64,000 bases of DNA, from contig OZ024742.1 in NCBI GenBank assembly GCA_964016885.1, forward strand, positions 29,326,001-29,390,000, read 5' to 3'. The notes below the pieces were generated by a model, which did not search any database, had not been told where the DNA came from, and was given only the letters and a program-made list of their open reading frames with translations. Source of the stretch: Eledone cirrhosa. Taxonomy: Eukaryota. Of this stretch, positions 31,613 to 44,684 are shown piece by piece (within the stretch, counting starts at the first letter, position 1; the number at the start of each line of letters is the position of its first letter). The position numbers and the translations under genes are program-made.

Positions 31613-31647
<35 letters not shown>

Positions 31648-31711
31648 TAACAGATTAAATTTTAAGCAAAGAATCGCTGCTTTGGATTTTAGTCTTCACA
31701 TTTATTATTAC

Positions 31712-31742
<31 letters not shown>

Positions 31743-32165
31743 CACACAACAATAACAATAAACAATAAAATTATAATAATACAAATTCTACAATAGGGGG
31801 TAGGTAGAACCACCAAGGGGCGACTCAGGATCCCCACTAATCCTGAACCACCCGGCGTTCCGATAGCACCCAAACAACAACGACAACATTATAGAAGATT
31901 AGAAGTTCAAAGCTACAGAATATAAGCAAGTAGAAACACCGCTGCAAAGCATTCATAAATTTAACTGAGAAGTTGATATGAGATTCAGATTTTAAAATGC
32001 GCCAAGGTAACCTTGAAGTGAGAGAAAGGTAATTGAGAACAGTAATATGTTAGATAGAGAAAGTGAGATTAGAGAATTACAAGGAACATTGATATAGAAA
32101 TATTTAGGAATCAATTAAATAGTCTATAATACAATAAATACAAAGGAAAGGTTTCGGAAGTACAC

Positions 32166-32198
<33 letters not shown>

Positions 32199-32259
32199 TT
32201 ATATATATTTGTATATTTGTATAAATATATATGTATATAAGTATGTAAATATTTGTATA

Positions 32260-32330
<71 letters not shown>

Positions 32331-32363
32331 ATATACATGTATACATATATATATCTATTTCTT

Positions 32364-32424
<61 letters not shown>

Positions 32425-32426
32425 GT

Positions 32427-32485
<59 letters not shown>

Positions 32486-32884
32486 ACAGTGTTTTAAGAA
32501 GCGAATTTGTTCTGTTGTTATTGTATAAAAACTACAATAACAACAGAACTATATCTCACTTAACGTGGTTTCGTTTCAAATCATTTTGTTATAACATCGA
32601 TGAGAAATGAAATAAAACCAAAGACTATAAAATAAAATTTCGTAAACTTTATGCCTCTCATTCTAAATCTCTGTTTGTTTGTATTTTCCTTTTTTTTTTC
32701 AAACCTATTATTGTTTTCAATTCAGTAAAGCAAAATAGTAAAGTTAAATAACGATGCTAATCTTTCAACATTTTTTTTATATCTCAATCGTCACATAAGA
32801 TACGATCTTTATATGTCTTCCGCCTACTCCATGGAATTGTAACTCCACCAAGGTATGGCAATATTTGTAATATAAAATAAATAA

Positions 32885-33245
32885 TTGTTTCTACTTTTGG
32901 CACAAGGCCAGCAATTACGCAGTGCATTACTGGTACTTTATTTTATCGACCCCGTAAGGATGAAAAGCAAAGTTAACCTCGGAAGGATTTGAACTCAGAA
33001 TGGCAAGGGCCGTAACTCTATGCATCAAAGCATGGCGTCCGACCCTCTACCGACACTGCCAATCCACTGTTTCTAATTTAGACACAAAGTAAACAATTTT
33101 AAGCGAAAAGAAAGTCGATTAAATTGACCCCAGTGCATTACTGGTGCTTTATTCTATCGACCTCCGTAAGGATGAAAATCAAAGCTAACCTCGGCGGGAT
33201 TTGTACACGGACCGCCAAAAATCAGTAACTCTATGTTGCAAAGTA
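32885..33245 (-). mobile_element. Two tandem family 1 SINEs
   Basis: Same motifs as 51208-51825. Confidence 0.85.
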
Positions 33246-33259
33246 CGTTAACCTTTATT

Positions 33260-33502
33260 CCAAAATAGAGGCTGTCAACAGTTTTCGTCCCAATTAGAAT
33301 CTTTATGCAATAGATTTAGCAGCTAGAGCTGGAAATAAACAAACTTTAGGATTTACCGAGGTATTTTGGATGGTTTGAAATTTAAAATATTTAAATCTAA
33401 GCACAGATTCTCTACAAGATATGTTCGCTTCCTGCTCTAGCTGCTAAAGCTATTGTATGTAGTTCCTAATTCAGGCGAAACCTGTCATCAGCTACCATTT
33501 GG
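33260..33502. mobile_element. MITE-like element with imperfect inverted arms of about 75 bp
   Basis: CAATAGATTTAGCAGCTAGAGCTGGAA versus TTCCTGCTCTAGCTGCTAAAGCTATTG, with weaker pairing further out. Confidence 0.6.
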
Positions 33503-33996
33503 CGTAAATGAACGCACTTGGCCAGTATTCAAGTGATACAGAGTTTAATTGTATGTAGTGGCTGCTGACAACTTAATTTACCCGATTTTCCAACACTATT
33601 ATCATTGTAGTGATTCTGTTTTTGAATTTCAAATCATCCAAACTCCTCGATAAATCGTAAGATTTCTTCATATCTTATTAATACTTCTTAAGTATGACTC
33701 ATATATTTTAATGTTTAATATTAGAAGTATGCGGAGGTGTTTATTTAGAACAGTGGTTTTTAGAGGAAATACCTTAGAAACGTAAGCTATACATTTACGT
33801 AATTGAATCTTAAAGTTGCACTTTCCAACGATCAGCAAATAAACAAATCGTTGGCTTAAATATTAAATGATCTTGAAAAAATCTAAATCTTTAAATATCA
33901 TCCAATAAGTAGCTTAAACTAAATAACGCAGTCGTCGGTTACGACATAGTGGATCAAATATATTTTATATTTATGAGATGAAAGAATGGTATTTAA

Positions 33997-34965
33997 CTAA
34001 TGTAATGGTACGCGATGGGGCCCAACCACAGCTCCGGCGGACAGAATGGAGAAGGCGTTTCCCCGGAGGACGGCAAGGGAGACGCGCTGGAAAAGCCACT
34101 CCAACTCACGGGGCTCACACCTACGGCTGGCCAGCTCAGCGCCTATGGTGGTGAGTAAGGAGGTAGCCCTGGGGCCGAGGACACCAGCAGTTTCGACTGC
34201 CAGAGGAACGCCTGTAGGAGAGCGACCGGTATTTGAGGAGGTTGGCCCCCTAAGCCCGACGTGCAGCAGAACTTGGGTCAGTCGCAGACTGCACCAGGTT
34301 GCGGCTGCAGAAGGTGTCGGTGCAAGTGGCATCCCAGACGAGGGGTTTGCCACCGCGGAACGGGAAGATGGTCATGCCATCTGGCCTTTTGCCGTCCCCT
34401 CGATCCAGCCCCACCGGCTCGAGCTGGGAAGGGAAGCCTGCAGCGTCCAAGCCATGCTTAATGACCTCGTTGAGGGCAGTATGGCGTGGAATGCGGCCGG
34501 CACTGTGGCGACAGGAAAGCGGGTGGAGGCCGAAAGAGTCCACGGTGGAACCGCAGCGACATTGGTGTGGCTGGCAGATCCGGAGGCCGAGCCTCAGGGA
34601 AACGCCGATTCGCAGGCTATGGTTATCTAGCTGCGTGCCAGTGGAGAAGGAGGGCAGAGCATGGAACCAGGCACCACTGTGGGGTTTGGAGGCCGCACGA
34701 AAACAAGCAAGGCGGTGCTGGTCGAGCTGGCGCGTGAGCCTGTCTGGGGCCAGGCTGCACTGGATAGCATCCAATGTGCGTTGGGGGGACTTGACGTCAA
34801 CAGGGGGAGAAGGAGGAGGGACGTCTACGGGGCTAAGTCCCAGCCGGTCCCACGTCTCACAGGCGGCCTCACGTTCTCTGAACACATAGTGTTCTGTTGT
34901 GTTTTGAAGAACCCTGCTGACGAGGAAGCGGCACAAGGTTACCGATGAAAGATACGCCGGCAAAG
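33997..34965 (-). mobile_element. 5'-truncated CRE-like (restriction-like endonuclease) non-LTR retrotransposon, frameshifted
   Basis: Translation: SGAWFHALP, LRLG, C-x-C...H-x3-C zinc motif, RH, RPDG...WDAT endonuclease motif. After a frameshift near 34250: PLAVETAGVLG and FQRVSLAVLRGNA. Confidence 0.85.
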
Positions 34966-34969
34966 CTAG

Positions 34970-35160
34970 TGAGATCGGGGACCGGAAGGAGAATGTCAAT
35001 GAAATCGACCCCAATACATTACTTGTACTTTATTTTATCGACCCCGTAAGAATGAAAGGCAAAACTAACCTCGGTGGGAGTTGAACTCAGATAATAAAGA
35101 AACGTAACTCTATGCAGCAAAGCATGTTATCCAATGTTCTACCGATACTGCTAATCCAGA
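34970..35160 (-). mobile_element. Family 1 SINE abutting the CRE-like fragment
   Basis: GAAATCGACCCC...GACCCCGTAAGAATGAAAGGC...TTGAACTCAG. Confidence 0.8.
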
Positions 35161-35269
35161 CTTTATTCGCTTACCGACTGTGGTGGAACTCGTCGAATGG
35201 GACCAAGGAAACAATGTTTCCATTGGACTTTCCATTGCAGTTACTACCTACTGATCGCAACTACTGGCA

Positions 35270-35660
35270 GAAAGAGCAACGTAAAATAAAGCGTGTTGCT
35301 CGAGGATATAACGCATCGTCCAGCCTGGGACTCAAACTCACAACCATCACTATCATGAACCCAACATTCTAACCACTAAGCCAGGTACTACCACTGTATA
35401 TGTATTTAAGATAAGACAAGATCCCAGACCTCATGCGCACACTGAGTGGGGTGGAACTCGTCAGATCGGACCAAGGAAACAATGTTTCTATTAGACTTTC
35501 CATTGCTGATATTATTTATCGGTCGCAACTCCTGGCAGAAAGAGCACCGTGAAATAAAGTGTCTTGCTCAGGAATATTATGCATCACACGGTCGAGGAAT
35601 CGAACACACAACCTCGCGATTGTGAACCCAACTCTCTATCCACTAAGCCACACATCTTCA
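35270..35660 (-). mobile_element. Two tRNA-headed CORE-like SINE 5' parts (family 2)
   Basis: Minus strand: TGGCTTAGTGG (A box), GTTCGATTCC (B box), CCTGAGCAAGACACTTTATTTCAC. Confidence 0.8.
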
Positions 35661-36172
35661 TAAGCTTTATAAACACCGTATTTATGGAGATAGAGCGGTA
35701 AAATAGATATGGCATCAAACTGACTGGATGGGAGAGTGATGAATCTACGTAGGCGTGAAGCCTTTCAAATAATTCCATGTGTGAAATTATTTTGCTGATC
35801 ATAGGTATGGCAATAGACAGATTCTCTATACAACCATAGCTTACGTTCTTCATCTTTTTATTAAAAGAGTTTGTGATAAGAATAACTGTCTGATACGTAT
35901 TTGCGCAAAAGATATAAGATATAGGATGTTTGCAGTTATATTGGATGACACATTAATACTGAAGAGGAGGTTGAATTGAATCATAATTCTCTTTCTTCTT
36001 TATTGTGTATTGTTATCACGTTGGATATATTCTATTTGGTGAGATTTACTTTGTATCCTACCCACTCTCTTTTAAGGCATCCTTGTAATAACTAGAATGC
36101 TGTTGAATTATTTTTCGTCTAAGGATATATTTGATATTCGTCTGGTAATATGTATACATGTATACATGTGCA

Positions 36173-36225
<53 letters not shown>

Positions 36226-36237
36226 ATACATGCATGC

Positions 36238-36325
<88 letters not shown>

Positions 36326-36356
36326 GCGTGTGTGTGTGTGTATGCATGCATGCATG

Positions 36357-36399
<43 letters not shown>

Positions 36400-36460
36400 T
36401 TGTATACATATGCATGCGTGTGTATATATATGGGAGAGGTTTCCATGTGTATATATATAT

Positions 36461-36585
<125 letters not shown>

Positions 36586-37314
36586 TATATATATACATAT
36601 ATATATATATGTGCGTGTGTGAGTGAACGTACACGTATATATATATATGGTGATAGAGAGAGAGGGGGAGGGGGAGGGGGTCATGTGTATGTGTTTGTGT
36701 GTGTGTTTGTGTATGTGTGAATGTGTATAATCGTGGGTTGCGCGTGTGTGTGTGTTGTTTATTGTTTGGCTAACCTGCTATTGAACGAAGTGGATTTGAC
36801 TCCCACCGGCATCTCACAATTGCATTATCTCTCATATGAATTCTCTTTGTATTCTCACGTCTCAACATTGTTTGAAACAGTAAACATGTATTGAATGTTG
36901 ACTCCTAGTTTTAAGCAACAATAAATTTAATTTAATTGTTGATCTCAGAGATCGCACACGGTAAAGTAAACTACAAATAGGTTTCTTTGAATGAATTGAA
37001 TGAAGGTCATCATATTCACAGCATGCTATGTAATAAGGAGGAGATTTACTGATCCAGACTAGTTTGAAGTGGAATCAAAAAGACACAAGCCAGACACGAA
37101 ACTGTGCATGTGATACACTAGCTTTCAAAACGATCTGAAGATTTCAATGCTTGTTAGTATAAATATAACGACGTAGTTTGAGCGTGTTGATAGTAGATGG
37201 GCGTCCGTCGGTTTCGAAACGAGTGTTCTACGAAACAGTCTGCTAACGAAACAGTCTGCTAACGAAATTGACGTGTAAAAGCAATCCACTGACACATGTA
37301 CTCTTACATTAATA

Positions 37315-37525
37315 TTCATGGTGATTCACCGTGTGATAAGACTGACTCTTTTGAATTGAATTACACGTACAATCCATCTGACGGGCTTACAAACAATTTC
37401 CGTCTACCAAATGTCCTTCACAATGCTTGGGCCGACACAAGGCTATGATAAATAACAAGAGTCCAAGATGCTAAGCAATAGGATCGAACCCGAGACCTAA
37501 TAATAACCATTCGGCCGAGCTGTGC
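37315..37525 (-). mobile_element. Degenerate SINE
   Basis: GGATCGAACCC B box (reverse); similar to 53995-54150. Confidence 0.55.
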
Positions 37526-39698
37526 TCACTAGGAAGGTTTGTGTGTTCAGGGCCGGATTTATTGGGGGACTCTCAGGGTGTTAGTCCTTGACTCCCCTTC
37601 TTCAAACAGAGCCTCCACTCTCCTAACAAGGCCAAATCTCTCTCTCTCTCCCTCTCACCCCCTCTCTCTGTCTCTCTCTGTCCTTCTCCCCGCCTTACTG
37701 CTTATGTGTGTATATATATATATACATACATACACACACATACCGTATATACATACTTATATTTATAAATATATATGTGTGTGTGTTTGTGTGTTTGTGT
37801 GTGTACCGTTATATGAGGGGCCCACCAAACCTGATCTTCACCAAACCCACAAAGGTCTATATCTGGTCATGTATGTGTTACAACCATGTAGTATAGTAAC
37901 CATTTCACTGATACTTCATTTCTAAAAGATGTCAATTCTTGTTTCATTGGTACTCACAACTGTTGTCAACTGCCATTTGACTGGAATTCAAGCGATACAA
38001 GGTTCAGTTCTCTGTAGCTGCTGCTATCATTTACATTCTGTCTTTAAGGGTATTGTACCCGATATATATAACGCTATTATCATTGTAGCGAATCTATGTT
38101 TGAATTTGAACAAATCTAATTTCAAACCATAGTGATCTATGTACTACATGTTAACATCCTGTACCACATAAAACCCCATTAGCAAGACTTTAGCTCTTTG
38201 TATTAATACGTATCGGTTGACTTAAATCTATAAACATATTATTTGCCGTTCGATAATAGGTTTATGTACAAACGATTTAATTTAATTACATATGGCTATT
38301 CTAAATCTTTTGTACGTATATATATATATATATATATATATATTCACGCAATGTAAATCAATCAACCATGACAGATACATACACCCCCCCACCCCCCACT
38401 CCCCACCCCCAACGCACACACACTCACAAAGGCACTCCCGCATCTGGTAGTCCATTACAATGGATTGTTCACCACTCCTACCTCCTACCTATACACACAC
38501 ACACACACACACACATGTATATATATATATAGGCTGTTTGCAAATGGTTAGAATTGGTGGTTCGGGGTGGTAAACGATGATGCAATAAATTAATTAAAAC
38601 ACTAAATGCTATGCAAATCATCCATGGTTGATGTGGTATCCAGTGGCTCGATACAACAGAAGGCCCGACTGGAAAATTTACTTCAGAATTTTAATTCGGC
38701 TAAAGCGCTATACATATTTCGATGTCCCAGCCATATCATCAGATTATGATACAAGGCTTGACGATTTCATCGGGTGTTATTTGCAGGATTGTATTACACG
38801 ATTACGTTGAACTCAAACAGAGAATGGAAGAAAGAGAATAGAGAAATGGAAAAAGAAAATAGATTCGGTCCCCTATTTCCTTCAGTTGTTGTTTTAATGA
38901 CTATATATATATATATATATTAATTTCAACAATGTCAGTATTCCGTGTGTCATAATTCTCGATTATCATTGGTTCATACGTTTCAAACGACTCCGCCAAC
39001 CTCAACGACGCCAAACTTAAATTAATATGCATAATGCCAATGAGGGAGTGAGAGGGGAGAGTAAGAAATAGAGAGGCAAAGTGAATGCTGTGTTGGATAC
39101 ACTATGTATATGTGTCAGTGTAGAGACATGTGTGTGGAAATAAGAGGGGAAGGAAAGCAATAACTATTAACATGTGTGCGTGTGTATGTACGTGCGCGTA
39201 TGTTTATGTGTGTGTGCGTGCGTGCAGCGTTCCACAGAAAGTAAAAACTATTAACATGTGTGTGTGTGCGTGTGTGTAAGTGCACGGGTGCGTGTGTAAG
39301 TTTGCGTGCGTCGGTTCTGATTGCGGTGGGAATAAGACCTCATCATATGCTGAGTCTGGCAAAAAGGTTGGATCCTATGGCCGGCCAGGGCTAGAGTAAT
39401 ATTGAAAAACGATTCTATTTTCGAAGTAGAAGGACCCGCCATTTGGAGTTCAAACCAGGCCACCTCCCCGAGTTGAACTCTGGGCAAACATTGACTATCT
39501 ATTACTCAATGTCTAAGAGCCTGGAAATTAATGAATACATTTTTGTGTCATATAATTTGTTGTTTTATTATTATAGCTGACCACTTATAGATAAGCATGT
39601 TATCCATATCCATATTAATTTGGTATTTGTATAAACCATTTCAAGTAAACAGGGACCTTTTTTACATTGACGGACATCTTTTATATTAATTATTTCTA

Positions 39699-40051
39699 TC
39701 TATATCTACATATACTATAAAAGATTGGAACTTCCATCATCCTTTGGAGAAACGTGGAACAACCACGTCTATGCAATGATACACATTTTACAGTCAGGCA
39801 GAATATGAACCATCTCCTAGAGGTCACTATTCTAGATTGGAGCACCTAGAATTGTTCATATACTATGCACAAACGGTACAACGAAGAATCTGGTATATCT
39901 GGAAGATTTCTTTTACTGTTTTTTGTATCACACAGACACCACGGACTCGCCTCATACTGTAACCAGACAAACATCCAATACAGTCATTTTCTCTTTTACC
40001 TGTCTTCTCTTATCATCTGTTTACCCGGGCGAAGCTGGGTACGTCAGCTAG
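39699..40051 (+). mobile_element. Non-autonomous Helitron
   Basis: 5' A|TCTATATCTACATATACTATAAAA; 3' hairpin ACCCGGGCGAAGCTGGGT followed by CTAG|T. Confidence 0.7.
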
Positions 40052-40102
40052 TATATATCAATAATATCAATAAATGGAAACTATATTTATAAAACCATAT
40101 TT

Positions 40103-40161
40103 ATTCTATTATATATATTTCAAGGGTACCAAAACTTTGGTACGCTCTCATCAGATAAAAT
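40103..40161 (-). ncRNA. Type I minimal hammerhead ribozyme (family C insert about 40055-40202)
   Basis: ATTTTAT-CTGATGA-GAGCGTACC..GGTACCCTT-GAAA-TATATA-TA-ATAGAAT. Confidence 0.8.
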
Positions 40162-40199
40162 ACAAAGTTTGTTTTATAAATATTGACATATCGCTTTTG

Positions 40200-40252
<53 letters not shown>

Positions 40253-40260
40253 TATATATA

Positions 40261-40832
40261 TCAAAAGCATGTATTGAGTTAGAAACTCAAAATAGTCTCA
40301 TTACAGTAAAAGTAGCTCTAGGAAAAAGGTTTTTCCGAGCCGTATAGTATAACTGAACAAAAAAGAAAAACGAACACAGACATATACATGTATGCATTCA
40401 AATCGTAATGGACTAGAACCGCTAAGGTGAAAAGAATACTAACAACAGACAATAGAGTTTGCTAGACTGAATTTAAGAATAAATCAAGAAAAATAAATAC
40501 AAACCAGTATTGTGGTAACTACCATTCACCCGGGCGGTTTTTGATGGAACCTTTTCGCAATATTATTTGTGAAGAGGTATATCAAATTCTTGGCTCATCA
40601 GCGGGTGAAGAATTATATTGCGAAACGGTTCCACCAAAACCCGCCCGGGTGAATGGTAGTTACCACAATACAGGTTTGTATTTATTTTTCTGGATTTATT
40701 CTTAAATTGAGTCTAGCAAACCCTATTGTCTGTATTTAGAATTTTTTTCACCTTAGCGTTTCTGGTCAATTACGATTTGAACGCATACATGCATATGTCT
40801 GTGTTCGTTTTTCTTTTTTGTTCAGTTATACT
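40261..40832 (-). mobile_element. PLE-like fold-back insert, family D
   Basis: Arms about 40345-40565 and 40612-40832; (TA)n on both sides. Confidence 0.8.
40525..40609 (-). ncRNA. Type I hammerhead motif with long stem III and GCC instead of GUC
   Basis: TTCACCCG-CTGATGA-GC...GC-GAAA-(A/C)GGTT-loop-AACCG-CC-CGGGTGAA; perfect 8-bp stem I. Confidence 0.7.
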
Positions 40833-41016
40833 ATATATATATATATATAAAATATTTAAGTATCGACAGAGAGAAAAAAAAAGAGATAAGCGATACATAT
40901 ATTTAGTTGCCAATAGCTTGTGTAAATGTGGTCAATACTTGTGTCTACAGGGTTAAATATTAGAAGCGTTAATATCTAGCGGGCGAGAATATAAGCAGAG
41001 CGGTTACAAGTGGAAT

Positions 41017-41103
41017 GAATACAAAGGAAAATATACCGTTAACACATGTTTATATACAATTTTTATATAAACATGTTTTAACGGTATATTCTCCTTTGTA
41101 TTC
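41017..41103. repeat. Fold-back hairpin related to family C
   Basis: GAATACAAAGGAAAATATACCGTTAA / TTAACGGTATATTCTCCTTTGTATTC; the GGTATATTCTCCTT motif is also at 43028. Confidence 0.7.
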
Positions 41104-41153
41104 TTCTACTTATATATATATATATATGGTGTACTAACTGTTCTGGAACTACT

Positions 41154-41258
<105 letters not shown>

Positions 41259-41416
41259 GTATCCACAGTAAGTGATATTTTCTAACTAACCTTACATAGA
41301 TCAATAACGGAGTATAGCTACAATGTATTATCATCATCTAGAAACGATCGTACAGCAGTGAAGTATATCTCTAATGACTTGATTTTTTACTTCATTGTTT
41401 TAACTTATATATATAT

Positions 41417-41601
41417 TTAAAGGTTAAACAAGGTTCAATGAATAAATCAAAGAATGAGTTCTACAATAGATTGGAAGTACTCAACAGGAAGGTTTACCGG
41501 AGTTATTAATATTAATACAAAATATTAACAAAAATAGACATTCGTGTGATCAAGTATACTTGATCACACGAGTCTATTTTTGTTAATATTTTGAATTAAT
41601 A
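41417..41601 (-). mobile_element. Short family A fold-back insert (turns before the ribozyme)
   Basis: Family A terminus TTAAAGGTTAAACAAGGTTCAATGAATAAATCAAAGAATG; loopless centre GATCAAGTATACTTGATC. Confidence 0.8.
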
Positions 41602-41619
41602 TATATATATATATATATA

Positions 41620-41819
41620 ACAAAGGAATTGTGGTAAGGAACCAGATGGACCATAACGCACCAGAGTACTCAATACTTAGGGTAGTAGAGTGGGAAATAG
41701 GAAAAAGTATGACCCCGACGGCAGAGCTCAAACCATTTCGACGGCTATTTCTGGACTAAATTTAGTCCAGAAATAGCCGTCGAAACGGCTTGAGCTCTGC
41801 CGTCGGGGTCATACTTTTT

Positions 41820-41824
<5 letters not shown>
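41620..41824 (-). mobile_element. PLE-like fold-back insert, family B
   Basis: Nearly identical to 5681-5872 but with a different turn point (CTGGACTAAA|TTTAGTCCAG). Confidence 0.8.
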
Positions 41825-41876
<52 letters not shown>

Positions 41877-42015
41877 GTGTTAAAAGATATTCAATGATTA
41901 TGTCAAAGAATGAGTTTTACAGTAGATTGAGAGCACTCTACGAAAAATAATTTTCCGGAGTTATTAATATTAAAATATAAATATTAATAAAATAGATGTT
42001 TTTTTGATCAATTAC

Positions 42016-42068
42016 ATTTTATTATACATATTTCGGATGTACAACAGTACGTCCTCATCAGACAAAAT
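42016..42068 (-). ncRNA. Type I minimal hammerhead ribozyme
   Basis: ATTTTGT-CTGATGA-GGACGTAC-TGTT-GTACATCC-GAAA-TATGTA-TA-ATAAAAT. Confidence 0.85.
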
Positions 42069-42594
42069 ATAATGATACATGTCATACCCTGAGATGTTAA
42101 ATGGTTAAGATTTAATCAAGGTAGTGATTAACCCAAGAGAAAATTTTACTTATATCCTAATTATGAGAAAATGCGAAAACGTAATAAATTCATTGGAGAA
42201 TGTGTGAGTAAGAAAGACGTTGCTTACTGTAACTGTTCTAAAGGTTTTAAGGTGTATGCTACTACGATATATCTAGGAAAACGTCTCATGAATCATAACA
42301 GACAGTGATAGCCACTGGAAAAGAATTTATAAATTCTTTTCCAGTGGCTATCACTGGCTGTTATGATTCATAAGACGTTTTCCTAGATATATCGTAGTAG
42401 CATACACCTTAAAACCTTTAGAACAGTTACAGTAAGCAACGTGTTTTTCTTACTCACACATTCTCCAATGAATTTATTACGTTTTCGCATTTTCTCATAA
42501 TTAGGCTATATATGTAAAATTTTCTCTTGGGTTAATCACTACCTTGATTAAATCTTAACCATTTAACATCTCAGGGTATGTCATGTATCATTAT

Positions 42595-42647
42595 ATTTTG
42601 TCTGATGAGGACGTACTGTTGTACATCCGAAATATGTATAATAAAAT
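42595..42647 (+). ncRNA. Type I minimal hammerhead ribozyme
   Basis: Read directly: attttgt ctgatga ggacgtac tgtt gtacatcc gaaa tatgtata ataaaat. Confidence 0.85.
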
Positions 42648-42692
42648 GTAATTGATCAAAAGAACATCTATTTTATTAATATTTATATTTTA

Positions 42693-42802
<110 letters not shown>

Positions 42803-42849
42803 ATAATAAATTGTAAATATATATATATATATATAGTAATAATAAATTG

Positions 42850-42900
<51 letters not shown>

Positions 42901-42903
<3 letters not shown>

Positions 42904-43175
42904 CAAGCAGAAGGGATATTCATTTTGTTGGTAATTCAACAAATACAAATTCTACAGGTTTTCTGGAGTATAATATACAATGATATTAAATAAATGGAAA
43001 CTATCCAAGGATAACTTGAACCGTTAAGGTATATTCTCCTTGGTTATGTCAACATTTATAAAACACACTTCGTATTTTATCTGATGATAGCGTACCAACA
43101 TTTGGATACCCTTGAAATATATATAATAGAATAAATATGGTCTTATAAATATAGTTTCCATTTATTTAATATCTT

Positions 43176-43179
<4 letters not shown>
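42901..43179. mobile_element. PLE-like insert, family C
   Basis: 42976-43003 is inverted at 43151-43179; homologous to 40055-40190. Confidence 0.7.
43074..43132 (+). ncRNA. Type I minimal hammerhead ribozyme
   Basis: attttat ctgatga tagcgtacc aacattt ggataccctt gaaa tatatata atagaat. Confidence 0.7.
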
Positions 43180-43239
<60 letters not shown>

Positions 43240-43408
43240 CAGTTTAAAACTGGTTAGACAACAGAGTACTCGATAACTGCAGTAGTAGAGACTCTTTATA
43301 CTATATCTAAATTTCTTTATATATAAATGTGTGTGTTTGTGTGTATTTACATCCATATATACATTTACACACACACACACGATTATATCTATATATCTAT
43401 ATATATAT

Positions 43409-43474
<66 letters not shown>

Positions 43475-43537
43475 GTGTATGTATGTATTTATGTATGTAT
43501 GTATGTATGTATGTATGTATGTATTATGTATGTATGT

Positions 43538-44142
43538 AGGTCACCAGTTGGTGCTACTGGTAACATGTATCCCAGTACAACCTGTCTCATGGTCGGGTCG
43601 TTGGCGACTAAACTGGCAACCCCACCAAGGTTTCTTGGTGAGGAGGGTGACTTTGGAAATCCTGCAGGACTAAAAACAAAACCTGTCAAAAGGCAAAGGA
43701 GCTCTTAAGAGTCAATGGCCATCCAAAATCACCGGGAGAGATGACCCCTTAGCCTTTGTCAAGGCAGAATGCTAGGAGAAGGAAAACTCTTATATAACAC
43801 CTGCAACCCTGATGGTATCCAATGATGTTGACTTGTTCTTCGTTTTGGTAAATATCATCTTGGTTAAGAGAGTGGGACTGGTTTTGTGCAGTGCCTTTGT
43901 TCACTATAAAAGCTTCACGGCACAGGCATTGCTTTATATCTGGAGATCTCTCTGCCCTAGTCGTCACATGGTACCATGGGCCCAGCACTATGTATAAATA
44001 ATTGTCAAAAGTGTAGTGTTTGTACCAGAGATTTCAAGTCGCTGGCTGGACTAAAAAGTCACACTCGTTCAGCGCATCGGTAGGGGTTCTCCTAGATGGA
44101 TATAAAGTAGTGGCCGTACTCGAAAACGAGTTGGCAGCCACC
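43538..44142 (+). mobile_element. About 600-bp insert in an (ATGT)n tract, RTE 5'UTR-like
   Basis: (ATGT)n on both sides and GC higher than the flanks. CTAGGAGAAGGAAAACTCT resembles RTE-clade 5'UTR motifs (from memory). Confidence 0.5.
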
Positions 44143-44173
<31 letters not shown>

Positions 44174-44397
44174 AGGTAAACAGAAATAACAACACAATCG
44201 GTACATTATCTGGAAGGAATATATTAGGTTAATGCTTGAAATAGCAGGAATAGGGTCTTAACGTTTCGGACGTTAGTCTTTCATCAAAATAAAGAATGAG
44301 AAATAAGATAGATAGATTAAGGAGACGGGCGGGTTGGAAATATATATATATATACGATATATTAACAAATGGAAACTATATTTATAAAACCATATTT

Positions 44398-44460
44398 ATT
44401 TCATTATACATATTTCAAGGACACCAAGTCAAATTATGGTGCGCTTTCATCAGATAAAAT
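44398..44460 (-). ncRNA. Type I minimal hammerhead ribozyme
   Basis: ATTTTAT-CTGATGA-AAGCGCACC..GGTGTCCTT-GAAA-TATGTA-TA-ATGAAAT. Confidence 0.8.
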
Positions 44461-44621
44461 ATAATATAGATCAGTTTTATAAATAAATATTGTATTTTAT
44501 AAAAAATATAATATAGATCAGTTTTATAAATAAATATTGACATACCCGCGAGCTTCCAACAGAAATGGTCGCATTCTTTAAGGGTATGTCAATATTTATT
44601 TATAAAACTGATCTATATTAT

Positions 44622-44684
44622 ATTTTATCTGATGAAAGCGCACCATAATTTGACTTGGTGTCCTTGAAATATGTATAATGTAAT
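44622..44684 (+). ncRNA. Type I minimal hammerhead ribozyme
   Basis: attttat ctgatga aagcgcacc ataatttgactt ggtgtcctt gaaa tatgtata atgtaat (stem I weakened). Confidence 0.7.

Noticed and set aside
37548-37575. hAT-like terminus CAGGGCCGGATTTA
   Set aside because: No matching opposite TIR found.
44256-44290. Hammerhead-like TTGATGA-AAGACTAACGTCC-GAAACGTTA on the minus strand
   Set aside because: C3 is mutated and stems are weak; at best a decayed copy, so not listed as a feature.
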